A stretch of DNA of 64,000 nt from contig NC_043002.1 of NCBI RefSeq assembly GCF_006345805.1, forward strand, positions 62,930,001 to 62,994,000, read 5' to 3'. Positions within the stretch are counted from its first letter, which is position 1, and every line of letters starts with the position of its first letter. Below are positions 1-11,746 of the stretch, piece after piece. The position numbers and the translations under genes were made by a program. Source of the stretch: Octopus sinensis (Eukaryota). The notes under the pieces were generated by a model. It searched no databases. It was not told the DNA's origin and saw only the letters and a program-made list of their open reading frames with translations.

Positions 1-525
1 TGTCTACGTTCCGAGTTCAAATTCCGCCGAGGTCGACTTTGCCTTTAACCCTTTCGGGGTTGATAAATTAAGTACCAGTTGCGTACTGGAGTCGATCTAA
101 ACGACTGGTCCCTTCCCACAAAAAAATTTCGGGCCTTGTGCCTTGAGTAGAAAAAAATAATAAGCTGGCAGAATCGTTAGCACGTCGGACAAAATTTTTA
201 GCAGTATTTCGTCCGTCTCTACGTTTGTGTTCAATTTCTACCGAAGTCGACCTTGCCTCCGATCATTTCGAGATTGATAAAATAAGCACCAGTTGAGCAC
301 TGGGATCGATATCATAGACTTACTCATCGTCTAAAATTGCTTACCTTCCGCCAACATTTGCAACCAAAATTCAACTGGCAGAAGAGTTAGTACGCCGGAC
401 AAAATGCTTAAGGGTATTTCATCCGTCTCTTCTTTCTGAGTTCAAATTCCGCCGAGATCAAAATTGCTTTCCACTCTTTCGCGAACGATGAAATAAATAC
501 CAGTTCAATGCTGAGGTCGATATAT
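1..525 (+). mobile_element. Cluster of three SINE family A copies/fragments (about 1-155, 163-364, 374-525)
   Basis: Repeated head gctggcagaa(t/a)cgttagcacg, B-box-like gagttcaaattcc and core gaggtcgactttgcctttcatcctttcggggtcgataaa..aagtaccagtt. First copy is cut by the window edge. Confidence 0.85.
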
Positions 526-739
526 TTAAAGAACATAATTGTTCCTGCTGCTCTTTTGCTTGCGGTTGTAATCACTCCATTACCATAACCAAAGTTTATG
601 GAAGTGAGTAACCCTGTTAGAACTTGACTGGCACGCTTTCATTGATCGTGGTGGAATGAACGGCTGAGTTGACCTCTGCGAAATTTGTACTCAGTACATT
701 AGAACAATTTTCTCAAGTTCTTTCTTCCGAGGCTCGAAT

Positions 740-1490
740 GATTCTCCTACCTCACCACACTCAATAGGTTGCAACCATGCTGCGGCACCGCCTTAAGGAG
801 TTCTTTGTCGAATGAATTGACTCCAGTAGATTTGTCTGAAACCTGGTACTTATTCTATCGGTCGCTTTTGCCGAACTGCTAGAATACAGGCACGTAAGCG
901 AAACAACATCTGTCGTCAAACGGTGGTTGTGAACAAACACAAGCATAAACACACACAAACGCTCGCACACACACGCATATACACACACATACATACATAT
1001 CCGCAGACACACATCCGTACACACAGACACACGCACACACAAACACACACATATATTTCGGTATGAATAAGACGGGCTTCTTCCAGTCTCCGTCAACCAA
1101 ATCCAAACAGTGGTGGTGAACAAACACAGGCACAATGACACACACACACACGTGTACACACGCACACGCGTACACACACACACAGACACACATAAACACA
1201 CATATTTATGAATGAATAAGATAGGCTTCTTCAAGTGTCCGTCTACCAAATTCAAACGGTGGTGGTAGACAAACACAGGTACAATGACACACACACGCGT
1301 ACACACACACATACACACACACACACACAGACACGCACACACAAATAAACACACACACATATACACATATTTATGCATGAATACGACGGGCTTCTTCCAG
1401 TTTGCGTCTACCAAATCCAGTCACAAAGCCTTCGTAGGCTCGTGATTACCGCAGAAGACACTTGCTTAAGGACACTGCGGCAGGAACTAT
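740..1490 (-). mobile_element. SINE family B copy with internal tandem triplication (918-1104, 1105-1253, 1254-1419)
   Basis: Matches other family B copies (tacttattctatcggtc..ttttgccgaac; gacgggcttctt.cagt.tccgtc.accaaatcc). The central segment occurs three times. Confidence 0.75.
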
Positions 1491-1568
1491 ATAATTAGGA
1501 AAGGAGAAGCAAGCTTCTTGGCACACAAACACACCTACGCCTAGTTTTGTAAATATTTATTAAAACTA

Positions 1569-2300
1569 CAGTAATCCCTCGACTATCACGGGTGTTACGT
1601 TCCAAACCCCACCGCGATAGGTGAAAATCCGCGAAGTAGAAACAGCACCGTTCAAGATGAGGACAAATATCCGTCAAATGTAAATAATGTAAATAATGTA
1701 TATTATTCCTCATGTCTTAAATATAGAACTGTAGTACTGTTCACTTTTACTCTTTTACCTGGTTCAGTCATTTGACTGCGGTCATACTGGAGCACCACCT
1801 TAAAGGGTGTTAGTCGAATAAATCGAACCCAGGACTTATTCATTTCTAAGCCTTGTACTTATTCTATCGGTATATTTGCCAAACTGCTAAGTTACGGGGA
1901 CATAAACACACCAGCATGGGTTGTAAATACACACACACACACACAAGCAAATATATATATACATATATGACGGGCTATTTCCTGTTTCTGTGGCTATAGT
2001 AGGAGACACCTGCTGAAGGTGACACGCAGAGGGACTGAACCTGGAGCCTTTGGTTGAGAAGCAACCTTCTTACAGCGCTGTCACTCCTGTGCCTATGTAT
2101 ATATTTTTTCATTTTTATAATTTGCATATATTTATTGTATTATAACTGCAAAACAACACCACGGAGGAATTGACGTAAACTTAAATAATAAACCGCGATA
2201 GGTGAACCCCGATAAGTGAACTACGATAAGTGAAACGCGATGAGTGAACCGCGACAAGTGAACCCCGATAGGTTAACTGCGATATGTCGAGGGATTACTG
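1569..2300 (-). mobile_element. Non-autonomous Tigger/pogo-like DNA transposon interrupted by a SINE B
   Basis: Perfect 15-bp TIRs CAGTAATCCCTCGAC (1569-1583) and GTCGAGGGATTACTG (2286-2300), both flanked by TA. Subterminal 14-bp tandem array at 2191-2290. Orientation taken from the copy at 40666 that retains transposase sequence. Confidence 0.8.
1740..2093 (-). mobile_element. SINE family B, degenerate
   Basis: Tail cttttactcttttac, body gtcatttgactgcgg..tggagcacc, central (CA)/(TA) tract, head remnant cactcctgtgcc. Confidence 0.8.
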
Positions 2301-2506
2301 TATAACATCTACACAGGTATTAGGATTCTCACAGGCATCTTGATGAATGAGACTCGGAATGCCTTAACAGACGTTTAAGACGGTGCTCCCCCATGGTCAC
2401 AATCTATTGACTGAAATGAAGGAAAAGATACATAATAGAGAGGTGAGGTAAAAAACCATTTGAGCGCCGGAAGAGAGACCTTGAAATATTTGCCCATATA
2501 TATATA

Positions 2507-2545
<39 letters not shown>

Positions 2546-3675
2546 GTTTCAGATGAATATGATACTTAAATTGAGATACCAAAATTTAGTATGGTATTAT
2601 CCATACAATTTCAAAATAAGGTGATTGAAATCAAAATAAGCAACAAGGATATCTAGGGTAACTTCTATGCTGAAGCAGAAACATGTTCTTTGTCTATCTC
2701 CTTAAATTTTTGGAGATTTTTGGTATAATTATACTAATGTGTCCATCTGTTCTAATTTGATTAAATTCTATGTCTTGTGCAGCTGAAGATTGCTCTACAT
2801 TTTAAATTGTAGCAATGATTGCATTGTTCAATTAAATGGAGTTACATGAAAGGATCGCATTGCAGTACCTCTGGATATCCTTGTTGCTCATTTACATATC
2901 TATATATTATTATTATTATTATTATTATTATTATCATTATTATTATCATTATTATCTGCCTGTCTATCTTTATATATATATACATATATATATATACATA
3001 TATATACATATATAGATATACATATATATATACATATTTATACATACATGTATATATATATGCACACACATACATGCATAAATATATATATATATTTATG
3101 CAAATAGATGTAAATATAAATGCATGTATTTATATATAATCCCACTCCCCGTTCCTGACACGGTTCATTGTCACTATTACATGACCGTTCTTCAATTTTC
3201 AGGAAATGTTTGTTGTCAGTTTCATCAGTTCAAAAACTTACTAATCCTAACTCACCACAAGGGTCGAACGACATCGTATGGCGGACACCGGAAATTAACG
3301 AATTTATTCACTATTTTGTACTCTGACGACAAAATATATCAACATAGATATCAATGTATGTATGCACACACTTGTGTATATATGTGTGTGTGTAAGCATG
3401 TATTTGTCCCTGTATGGCTGTGTGTAGAAAACAAATGTTGGTATTTACGTAATTGCAATTCCATTTATGTATGTGTATATCTAAAGATATTAGCACTTAT
3501 GTACGTAAAAGTTCAAGCACTAATGTGCGTGTATGTTTGTGTGTATAAATACATATGTATATGCACATGTATAGGAGGACATAAACACATGTAAGTGTTG
3601 TATATGTGTATGAGTGTAATTTCAGTTTAGCTATATCAAAATATGTATAGGAATAGGTATATACATACACACACG

Positions 3676-3678
3676 CAA

Positions 3679-3755
<77 letters not shown>

Positions 3756-3764
3756 GTCTGTCTA

Positions 3765-3843
<79 letters not shown>

Positions 3844-3870
3844 CTCTCTGTCTATCTGTCTCTCTACCTA
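3676..3870. repeat. Compound (TCTA)n(TCTG)n microsatellite
   Basis: Direct inspection; explains the YLSI/CLSV ORF. Confidence 0.95.
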
Positions 3871-3967
3871 TATATCGCTTTGTCTGTCTGTATGGATGGA
3901 TGTATGCATTTAGATATTTAAGTAGAGTCTCGAGTTGAAAATTATTCAGTATTTTTTTTCTTAATAG

Positions 3968-4106
3968 ATTAAAAGCCTGTCACTCAACGTGAATTTTATT
4001 CATTCTTTACCAGGAAAAGTGTTTGTAAAAATGATAAGGATTCCTTTGCTGCAGTACAGACGGTGCCACTCATATGAGAACATATGTATGTCGAAAGTTT
4101 CCTTGA
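3968..4106 (+). CDS. Candidate micro-exon (3968-3988) plus terminal exon (4055-4106) of a small Cys-containing peptide; paralogue at 18332-18374
   Basis: ttcttaatag|21 nt|gtgaat and tttgctgcag|. Joined frame reads LKACHSTTDGATHMRTYVCRKFP*. The paralogue keeps D,G,H,V,C with synonymous third-position changes but lacks the GT donor. Confidence 0.25.
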
Positions 4107-4561
4107 GGGACAGCATGGAATATGAATTGATATATCATCGTTTTCCCGCTTTCTCCTTTTTCGTTTTTCATTTTTCCTTTTTATATTTTTATATTTCTCT
4201 TTACTTGCGCGCTCTGATGAAGTCCCGCTATTCAAACTGGTCTGGTATAATTAATTAGTTACAATGATAGCTATTATTATGATGATTGTTAAGCCTGGGA
4301 ATCGTGCGAACGGAAAAGGCTGTAAGATGAAAGTCTGTTTTTTTTTAATTAATTAAGAAATGATAATTGGTGGAGATCAATTATTATTCGTCAATTTTAC
4401 TTCCATTTTCTGTTTTCCCAATATATTGATGAACTTCCGTTTATTCTTCGCATTACATATCATTTATGAGCATTAATACTAATGCTCATGGTCATATATA
4501 GGTAATACACCAGTTGATTCAGTGGATACATTTATCCCTTAGACTGTTGTTATAACCGCTA

Positions 4562-4597
<36 letters not shown>

Positions 4598-5688
4598 GAA
4601 ATAAGGTACTCAGAAATCTGGATGGTTTTATATCTTCAGATTTTTATATATATATGTATGTGTGTGTGTGTGTGTGTGTCTATGTATGTATGTACGTATG
4701 TATGTATGTATATGCGAACATAAATATGACTCGCTGTTTCCGTGTATGTACTGTTGTATGTGTGATGCATGCAGTCATATGCTGTCCTTCCAAAATGCGT
4801 ATCTTTATAGCATTAAAAGTACATATTATATACGTATGTCTGCGTGTGTATGCATGTGTGTAAAAAGCGTATGAGTATGTGCACATATGCTAGTGCGCAT
4901 GTGACTTTGTGCATGTATAATCCAATGCACTTTAGTTTGTACATGCAATCGGTCTTTAAGTGCCTATAGAAAAGACTATCTTCTGAGGAATACTGAATGT
5001 CTTTCCAACCTGGAAGCAGGAAATCTATTTTCTTCATCGATGTTTATTTCTTGTATATAAACACTAAAATTTTGTCACAGATTTTCATACTGGTCTTTGT
5101 TCTGAGGTTTGAGCGCTAATTCGACGATAGAGAATTTATAAAAATTCGAAAGCAAAGATTTTCTGGGAAAATGCATGATGTATTCCAAGTATTTGTGAAT
5201 GACCTGGTATATAGCTGCACTTCTAAAAACGCATTGATCTTATTCTTAATTCTTTTCTCACAAGAATATTAAAGTTAATCAAATCTCCTTCCCAGCATGA
5301 TTGATAATATAACAGATTTCCTTTTCCTTTTAATTATCATGTTTAACTTTTATACAATGAAAATAAATTGGAAATAAAATAACAAGTAGCAGCCAACATC
5401 TAAAAACTGCCTGTAATGGTTTAACGAGTCATACGAAATAAATTCAAACCTTTACATATAATGCTTAAAAATGTAGACGAGATTATGAAACTTAAGGTGT
5501 TTTCATTGGGTCTGTTAGGTAAATCATAGGAAGCCGTATTAGGTTAATACGGCTAATTAAGTTCAACAAGGTAATTAACATCAACCATATCAACCATCTT
5601 TCACCTTTTACTTGTTTTTCAGACATTGTTCTGGGGCCATGCTGAGGCACACTTTTCAAGGATTTACTAGAAGTAATCGAACTAGTGT

Positions 5689-6012
5689 GGAGGCATATGG
5701 CCTAGTGGTTAGGGCAGCGGAATAGCGGTCGAGAGATTACGGGTTCGAATCTCAGCCCGGACGATGTGTGTGTCTATGAGCGACACACCTAAGTACTACG
5801 CGGCTCCGACAGAAGCTAATGGCCAGCTTCTGCCGACTCCTTCGCCACAACTTTCTCTTATTCTCTTTCCTCTGGCATTTAGCAGCTCACCTGCGACGAA
5901 TGGGTGTCCCGTTCAGGTGGCGAACCTATACGCCAATGAAACCGGGAAACCGGCTCTTATGAGCCAGGCATGGCTAGAGAAGGAACAAACATCATCATCA
6001 ACAACAACAACA
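5689..6012 (+). mobile_element. tRNA-derived SINE family C nested in a degenerate SINE B
   Basis: A box TGGCCTAGTGG (5698-5708), B box GGTTCGAATCT (5742-5752), (CAT)/(CAA) tail, flanked by direct repeat aactagt (7-bp TSD). Confidence 0.8.
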
Positions 6013-6149
6013 ATCTAACTAGTACTTATTTAAAGATTGGTACTTATTCAATCAGTTTTTTGTCGAACCGCTATGTTATAGGGATGTTTGTGAAGCGGTC
6101 CGGAGGCAAACTCTAAGGCACGCGCACATACAAGCACACATACAACTAT

Positions 6150-6470
6150 CAATGTTTATTAGAATACTGCTGAGGTCGACGTTTTCTTTCGTCCTTTCGC
6201 GGTCGATAAAATAAGTACCAACTGAACAATGGATTCGATGTAATCGATTTAACCCACCTCACGATTTTCTCGCCGTGTTCCAATATTTGAAATTAATATA
6301 GGAACACACTTTAAGGCGGCGAGCTGGCAGAAACGCGAGTTGGTCTTTACGCTCTCAATTCAACTTCCGCTGAAGTTGACTTTGCCTTTCATCCTTTCGT
6401 GATTGATAAAATAAATACCAGTTGAACACTGGGGTCCGAAATTCTGGCGTTGTGCCCAAATTTGAGACCA
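6150..6470 (+). mobile_element. Two SINE family A copies
   Basis: Core gaggtcgac..tcctttcg.ggtcgataaaataagtacc at about 6170 and a head ggcggcgagctggcagaaacg at about 6315. Confidence 0.75.
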
Positions 6471-7659
6471 AGATGGGAACACATTTGAAATTGTGTAACA
6501 CGGAGATTTAGTCTATATAATAGGCCCCAGTTACAATTGATTATTACTTTAAAACACTTGGAATAGAACGCAAAGTGATGTCAGCGAGATTTGACCTCAC
6601 AGCTTATGGAATCGGTGCAAATAATGCAAAACACTTTCTCCGATGCTCCAACGATTCTGCTAATCCGTCGGCCTGCATATTACTATTGAGTGATAATTGA
6701 GAACTATAGCGATGTTCAGTTTAATTACACCCACGAACCTCTATTGTAATGTGACTGAGATAACTTTTCGCGAGAAACAGCAGTCAAATTCTTTCCAACC
6801 ATAAAAAAATCATTCAAGAAAGGTAAACTACACTTTGCTTGATGCAAATATCTATATGTAAAAAAACATGGGATGTTTATAGTTAATACCCGTATAATAG
6901 GAGGTTTACTTAGAAATGTACTTAACTAAAAAAGAACAACAGTAAAAGACACACAGGGGTATGCTCATTATTAATCGATGGTCTTCTTTCTCTTGAGATG
7001 TCGGCAAACATGACATACAACGACGCCATCACACAAACAGAAACAGTTTGGTGAGTGGAGGAAGGACAGTACGCAAAGACAACAACATTGCATCTGATAC
7101 ACTAAACTCTTTTGTCAAAATATACTGTGTGATTATTCTCCAAGAAAGAGGTATATTTAACCGAGAGTAAGTTTCTGTGGACCAAACGAATTGTACGGCC
7201 AACTTTCTGTGTTAAAGGTGCTGCTAGATCAGGGCCGATGAAGGGGACACAACAGCAACAATAACTTTGGGATTTCTCAAATGAAATATTTACCGTCGTG
7301 CATATTTCTACTTACTACGTTTGCAGACATTCGGACGCAAATGTGCTAATCGCTGTGGTGTTTACCGCAGGAGAACCATTTCTCGTTTTCTCGACGATAT
7401 TTTTCCATAACACATTTGATTCACTTGTAAAAGCGATTACGGAAAATCGGTGTTTCGATGTTTTATGTCTCTTCAGTCACAATGGTGGTGGTGGTGGGGG
7501 TGGGAGTGAATTTAAACAGGAGCCACCAGTGGAGTTGTTTATAACTTTACTGTACAAAATGTTTGAGCATCCGTGTTGAGAAACACAGCAACGATTAGTA
7601 TATTTATGTGTGGAAATCTGCAAGTCATTGCGTTGAATTTTGCTGTTCACTATCGATAC

Positions 7660-8680
7660 CCTTTTACTCTTTTACTTGTTTCTGTCATTTGATTGTGGCC
7701 ACGCTGGAGCACCGCATTTAGTCGATCGAGCAAATCGACCCCAGGACTTATTCTTTGTAAGGCTAGTACTTATTATATCGATCTATTTTGCCGAACCGCT
7801 AATTTACGGGGACGTAAACACACCAGCAACTGTTGTCAAGCGATGTTGGGGGTACAAACTCAAACACAAACATATACACGCACGTACATATATATATATA
7901 TATATATATTCTCTTTCTCTTTTACTTGTTTCAGTCATTTGACTGCGGCCATGCTGGAGCACCACCTTTTAATCGAGCAACTCGACCCCGGGACTTATTC
8001 TTTGTAAGCCCAGTACTTATTCTATCGGTCTCTTTTTGCCGAACCGCTAAGTGAAGGGGACATAAACACACCAGCATTGGTTGTCAAGCAATGCTAGGGG
8101 GACAAACACAGACACACAAACATACACACACATACATATATATATACATATATCCGACAGGCTTCTTTCAGTTTCCATCTACCAAATCCACTCACAAGGC
8201 ATTGGTCGGCCCGAGGCTATAGCAGAAATCACTTGCCCAAGATGCCACGCAGTGGGACTGAACCCGGAAACATGTGGTTGGTAAGCAAGCTACTAACCAC
8301 ACAGCCACTCCTGCGCCTATATATATATATGTACACACATTTATACAACGAGCTTCTTTCAGCTTCGGTTTACCAAATCCACTCACACGGCTTTGGTCGG
8401 CCCGAGGGTATATTCGATGACACTTGCCCAAGGTGCCACGCAGTGAGACTGAACCCGGAACCATGTGGTTGGTATGTATTTTTTGTTTCTGTCTTTACAT
8501 TGCGGCCGGTGCTGGAGCACCGCCTTGAAGAAATTTAGTGAGTCGAATCGATCCAATCCTTAATTTTTCAAAGCCGAATATATAAATTCCATCAGTCTCT
8601 CTTGTCGAACCGCTAACTTACAGAGGCGGAAACACAACAGCGGTTGTCAAGCGGTGATGGAGGACAAACGCTGACACAAT
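7660..8680 (-). mobile_element. Head-to-tail cluster of SINE family B (near full-length copy 7911-8317 plus partial copies)
   Basis: Full consensus read on the minus strand: ggcgcaggagtggctgtgtgg..gggttcagtcccactgcgtggc..central microsatellite..gtcaaatgactgaaacaagtaaaa. Confidence 0.9.
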
Positions 8681-9104
8681 GAAACACACACAAATGCACA
8701 CACGCACACATACACACACGCACACATACACACACATACACACAAATAAGTGCACACACACTCTCTCTCTCACACACACACACACACACAAACGCACATG
8801 CGCGACACACACATATTTACCCAAACTTACATCTACACAAACACACTAGGAACAAATATTAATATATATATATATATATATGAAAACCTGGTGCCATCTC
8901 GGCGGAAGCAAGCCTTATCGCTTAAACAAATACTTGTCCTCGTTAAAAGATGGATGAGTTTTACATAGTGTGACAGGCTTTTAATATATTAAGGAAAATT
9001 TAAACAATTTCCAAGATGACAGCATGCATACACTACAAACACACACATACACACATACAAACACTAAGCATACATCACTCTTTCTTTCATAAATGCGTGT
9101 GTAT

Positions 9105-9162
<58 letters not shown>

Positions 9163-9371
9163 GTGAAATAGAAAGATGAATAATCTTGTAGTAGATTAAT
9201 CAAAAGTTTAACCGGTACCTTAGTAGCAAAAATCACAGCAGTAAACAGCACGGTTGGAGGTACAACCATCTGGCGTTGAAACCGTGCGTTGGTGCGGATA
9301 ATTGAAATTAAAACATTATTGGTGAATTGAAGAAATGGAGCTGAACGCAGATTGAACAGAAATCGTTTTAT

Positions 9372-9459
9372 TTCATTCTACACGTGTTTCGAAAGGCACA
9401 AATTACCAAAATCCGATTGAATAATGGGACCATATTGTGTCTTTCTCTTCAGGAAGAAA
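9372..9459 (-). ncRNA. Type I hammerhead ribozyme, intact core
   Basis: Minus strand: UUCUUC-CUGAAGA-[GAAAGACACAA / 33-nt loop / UUGUGCCUUUC]-GAAA-C-ACGU-GUA|GAAUGAA. Stem II has 10 of 11 pairs; stem III is minimal with palindromic ACACGUGU; predicted cleavage between 9379 and 9378. Confidence 0.75.
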
Positions 9460-9857
9460 AAAGGAAATCCGTTGGAAAAACAAAAACAGAACAGAGGCGG
9501 AGCAAAAAACAAATCGAACTGTGCTCCTAAGAGCCCATGGCGAAACTGCTTATCATTGTATGTTGAGAACCGGTGGCTGAAGAATTCAACGGGTCAGGCA
9601 TCGGTCAATCATGTGGGTGAGGGTGTATAGATGTTCTTTGTGACCGAGAATAAAGTTCTGACTATTTAAGGAATATTGGATGTTTTATGAGGGGCGAGAA
9701 AAAATCTACTTAGAGACGTGTGTGTGTGTATACTGTTCTATATATGTGTGTGTTGGCGTAGGGGTAGAAAACATTTTTTGTGTACGTGTGTGCGTTTGAT
9801 CGTTCGGCTGTCAGTGGCTACTGCCGTGATAACCGTTGGGTGGCAGAAAGAAAAAAA

Positions 9858-9892
<35 letters not shown>

Positions 9893-11112
9893 TATGTTTT
9901 ATGTGTGTGTGTGTTCATCTAAGCCTGCCTTGTCAAGGAAACCCCCGCTGTGAAAAAACCAAGCCCCGTTTGTCTTACAGGAGTAATTCCCCTTGCAGTG
10001 GTTAATCGTAGATATCTTAAAGGCTATTTCAGAATTTGTTACCAAGGGCTATGGGTGCCGGTATTATTTATAAACGCTATTTAAAGGCCAGATAAGTGTA
10101 ACGCCGCCAATGGGGGCATCGAAAAGCCGACTGTAAGAGCCCGTTTACCATCCGGCCTCTGGCAAACAAAATATGGAAGAGTTCGGAGACACAAAGGTTG
10201 CACTGTCTTCTACCCCTATCAAATGGGAGGGCCACCGACAAAATTGACCATTCCAGCCTATAGCTTAAGTTCGCATCCTATAGCTTAAGTTAGGATGCGA
10301 ACTTAAGCTATAGGCTGGAATGGTCAATTTTGTCGGTGGCCCTCCCATTTGATAGGGGTAGAAGACAGTGCAACCTTTGTGTCTCCGAACTCTTCCATAT
10401 TTTGTTTGCCAGAGGCCGGATGGTAAACGGGCTCTTACAGTCGGCTTTTCGATGCCCCCATTGGCGGCGTTACACTTATCTGGCCTTTAAATAGCGTTTA
10501 TAAATAATACCGGCACCCATAGCCCTTGGTAACAAATTCTGAAATAGCCTTTAAGATATCTACGATTAACCACTGCAAGGGGAATTACTCCTGTAAGACA
10601 AACGGGGCTTGGTTTTTTCACAGCGGGGGGTTTCCTTGACAAGGCAGGCTTAGATGAACACACACACACATAAAACATAATATATATATATATTTTTTTT
10701 TTATTTTTTTTTTTTAGTTTTTTCTTTCTGCCACCCAACGGTTATCACGGCAGAAGCCACTGACAGCCGAACGATCAAACGCACACACATACACAAAAAA
10801 TGTTTTCTACCCCTACGCCAACACACATATATAGAACAGTATACACACACACACGTCTCTAAGTAGATTTTTTCTCGCCCCTCATAAAACATCCAATATT
10901 CCTTAAATAGTCAGAACTTTATTCTCGGTCACAAAGAACATCTATACACCCTCACCCACATGATTGACCGATGCCTGACCCGTTGAATTCTTCAGCCACC
11001 GGTTCTCAACATACAATGATAAACAGTTTCGCCATGGGCTCTTAGGAGCACAGTTCGATTTGTTTTTTGCTCCGCCTCTGTTCTGTTTTTGTTTTTCCAA
11101 CGGATTTCCTTT

Positions 11113-11200
11113 TTTCTTCCCGAAGAGAAAGACACAATATGGTCCCATTATTCAATCGGATTTTGGTAATTTGTGCCTTTCGAAACACGTGTAGAATGAA
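11113..11200 (+). ncRNA. Mirror hammerhead ribozyme with core mutation (CUGAAGA to CCGAAGA)
   Basis: Identical to the left copy except T to C at 11121 (core position U4). Confidence 0.65.
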
Positions 11201-11258
11201 ATAAAACGATTTCTGTTCAATCTGCGTTCAGCTCCATTTCTTCAATTCACCAATAATG

Positions 11259-11261
<3 letters not shown>

Positions 11262-11318
<57 letters not shown>

Positions 11319-11410
11319 CATACATACATACATACATACATATACATACATACATACATACATACATACATACATACATACATACATACATACATACATA
11401 CATACAGATA
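11262..11410. repeat. (TA)n(TACA)n microsatellite
   Basis: Direct inspection. Confidence 0.95.
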
Positions 11411-11525
11411 TGCGGATTATTATATGTTTGTGAATACATGAATGTGTGCATTTTACTTATCTATCTCTCTCTCTCTCTATATATATATTTATATGTGTAA
11501 TTACATATATACATATACATACGTA

Positions 11526-11558
<33 letters not shown>

Positions 11559-11714
11559 GTAACTACATATATATATAATTATCAAAGAAACATGCATAGC
11601 TCAATCGGTTGAGAGACAGACAGGTTGACAGACAGACAAGCTGATGGACAGAACGACAGAAATACACAGACAGATAGACAAATAGACAGATAGCTATCTA
11701 ACTAGCTAGCTAGC

Positions 11715-11746
<32 letters not shown>

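Larger units (their letters stand above)
9160..11262. mobile_element. Non-coding palindromic (head-to-head) element with hammerhead ribozymes, probably Penelope-like-derived
   Basis: Arms 9310-10280 and 10291-11262 are reverse complements. I count 4 substitutions outside one poly-A tract plus small slippage indels, and the inner ~330 bp are identical. Left copy extends ~150 bp further. Both outer ends run into (TA)n. PLE assignment is inferred from the ribozyme type; no ORF is present. Confidence 0.8.

Noticed and set aside
2191-2290. Regular short repeats as a CRISPR array
   Set aside because: Contiguous 14-bp units without spacers, inside a eukaryotic DNA transposon; no cas genes.
4214-4245. 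CUGAUGA followed by caaac-ug-guc
   Set aside because: No stem II, no GAAA, no stem I pairing.
5689-5760. tRNA gene (also SINE A and B heads)
   Set aside because: A and B boxes are present, but the sequence continues into SINE bodies and tails; no convincing cloverleaf or poly-T terminator.
6998-7420. Candidate plus-strand exons 6998-7050 and 7327 onward (TFGRKCANRCGVYRRR..)
   Set aside because: First uses a GAG acceptor, phases could not be linked convincingly, and no family was recognised.
9424-11148. Duplicated 68-aa ORF MGPYCVFLF.. as a conserved gene
   Set aside because: Duplication is just the palindrome; the ORF is antisense to the ribozyme and has no recognisable features.
9310-11262. 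Palindrome as an endogenous parvovirus/densovirus ITR or protelomerase hairpin end
   Set aside because: No NS/VP or other viral ORF nearby, arms contain microsatellites, and the hammerheads fit a PLE origin better. Only the flip/flop centre is suggestive.
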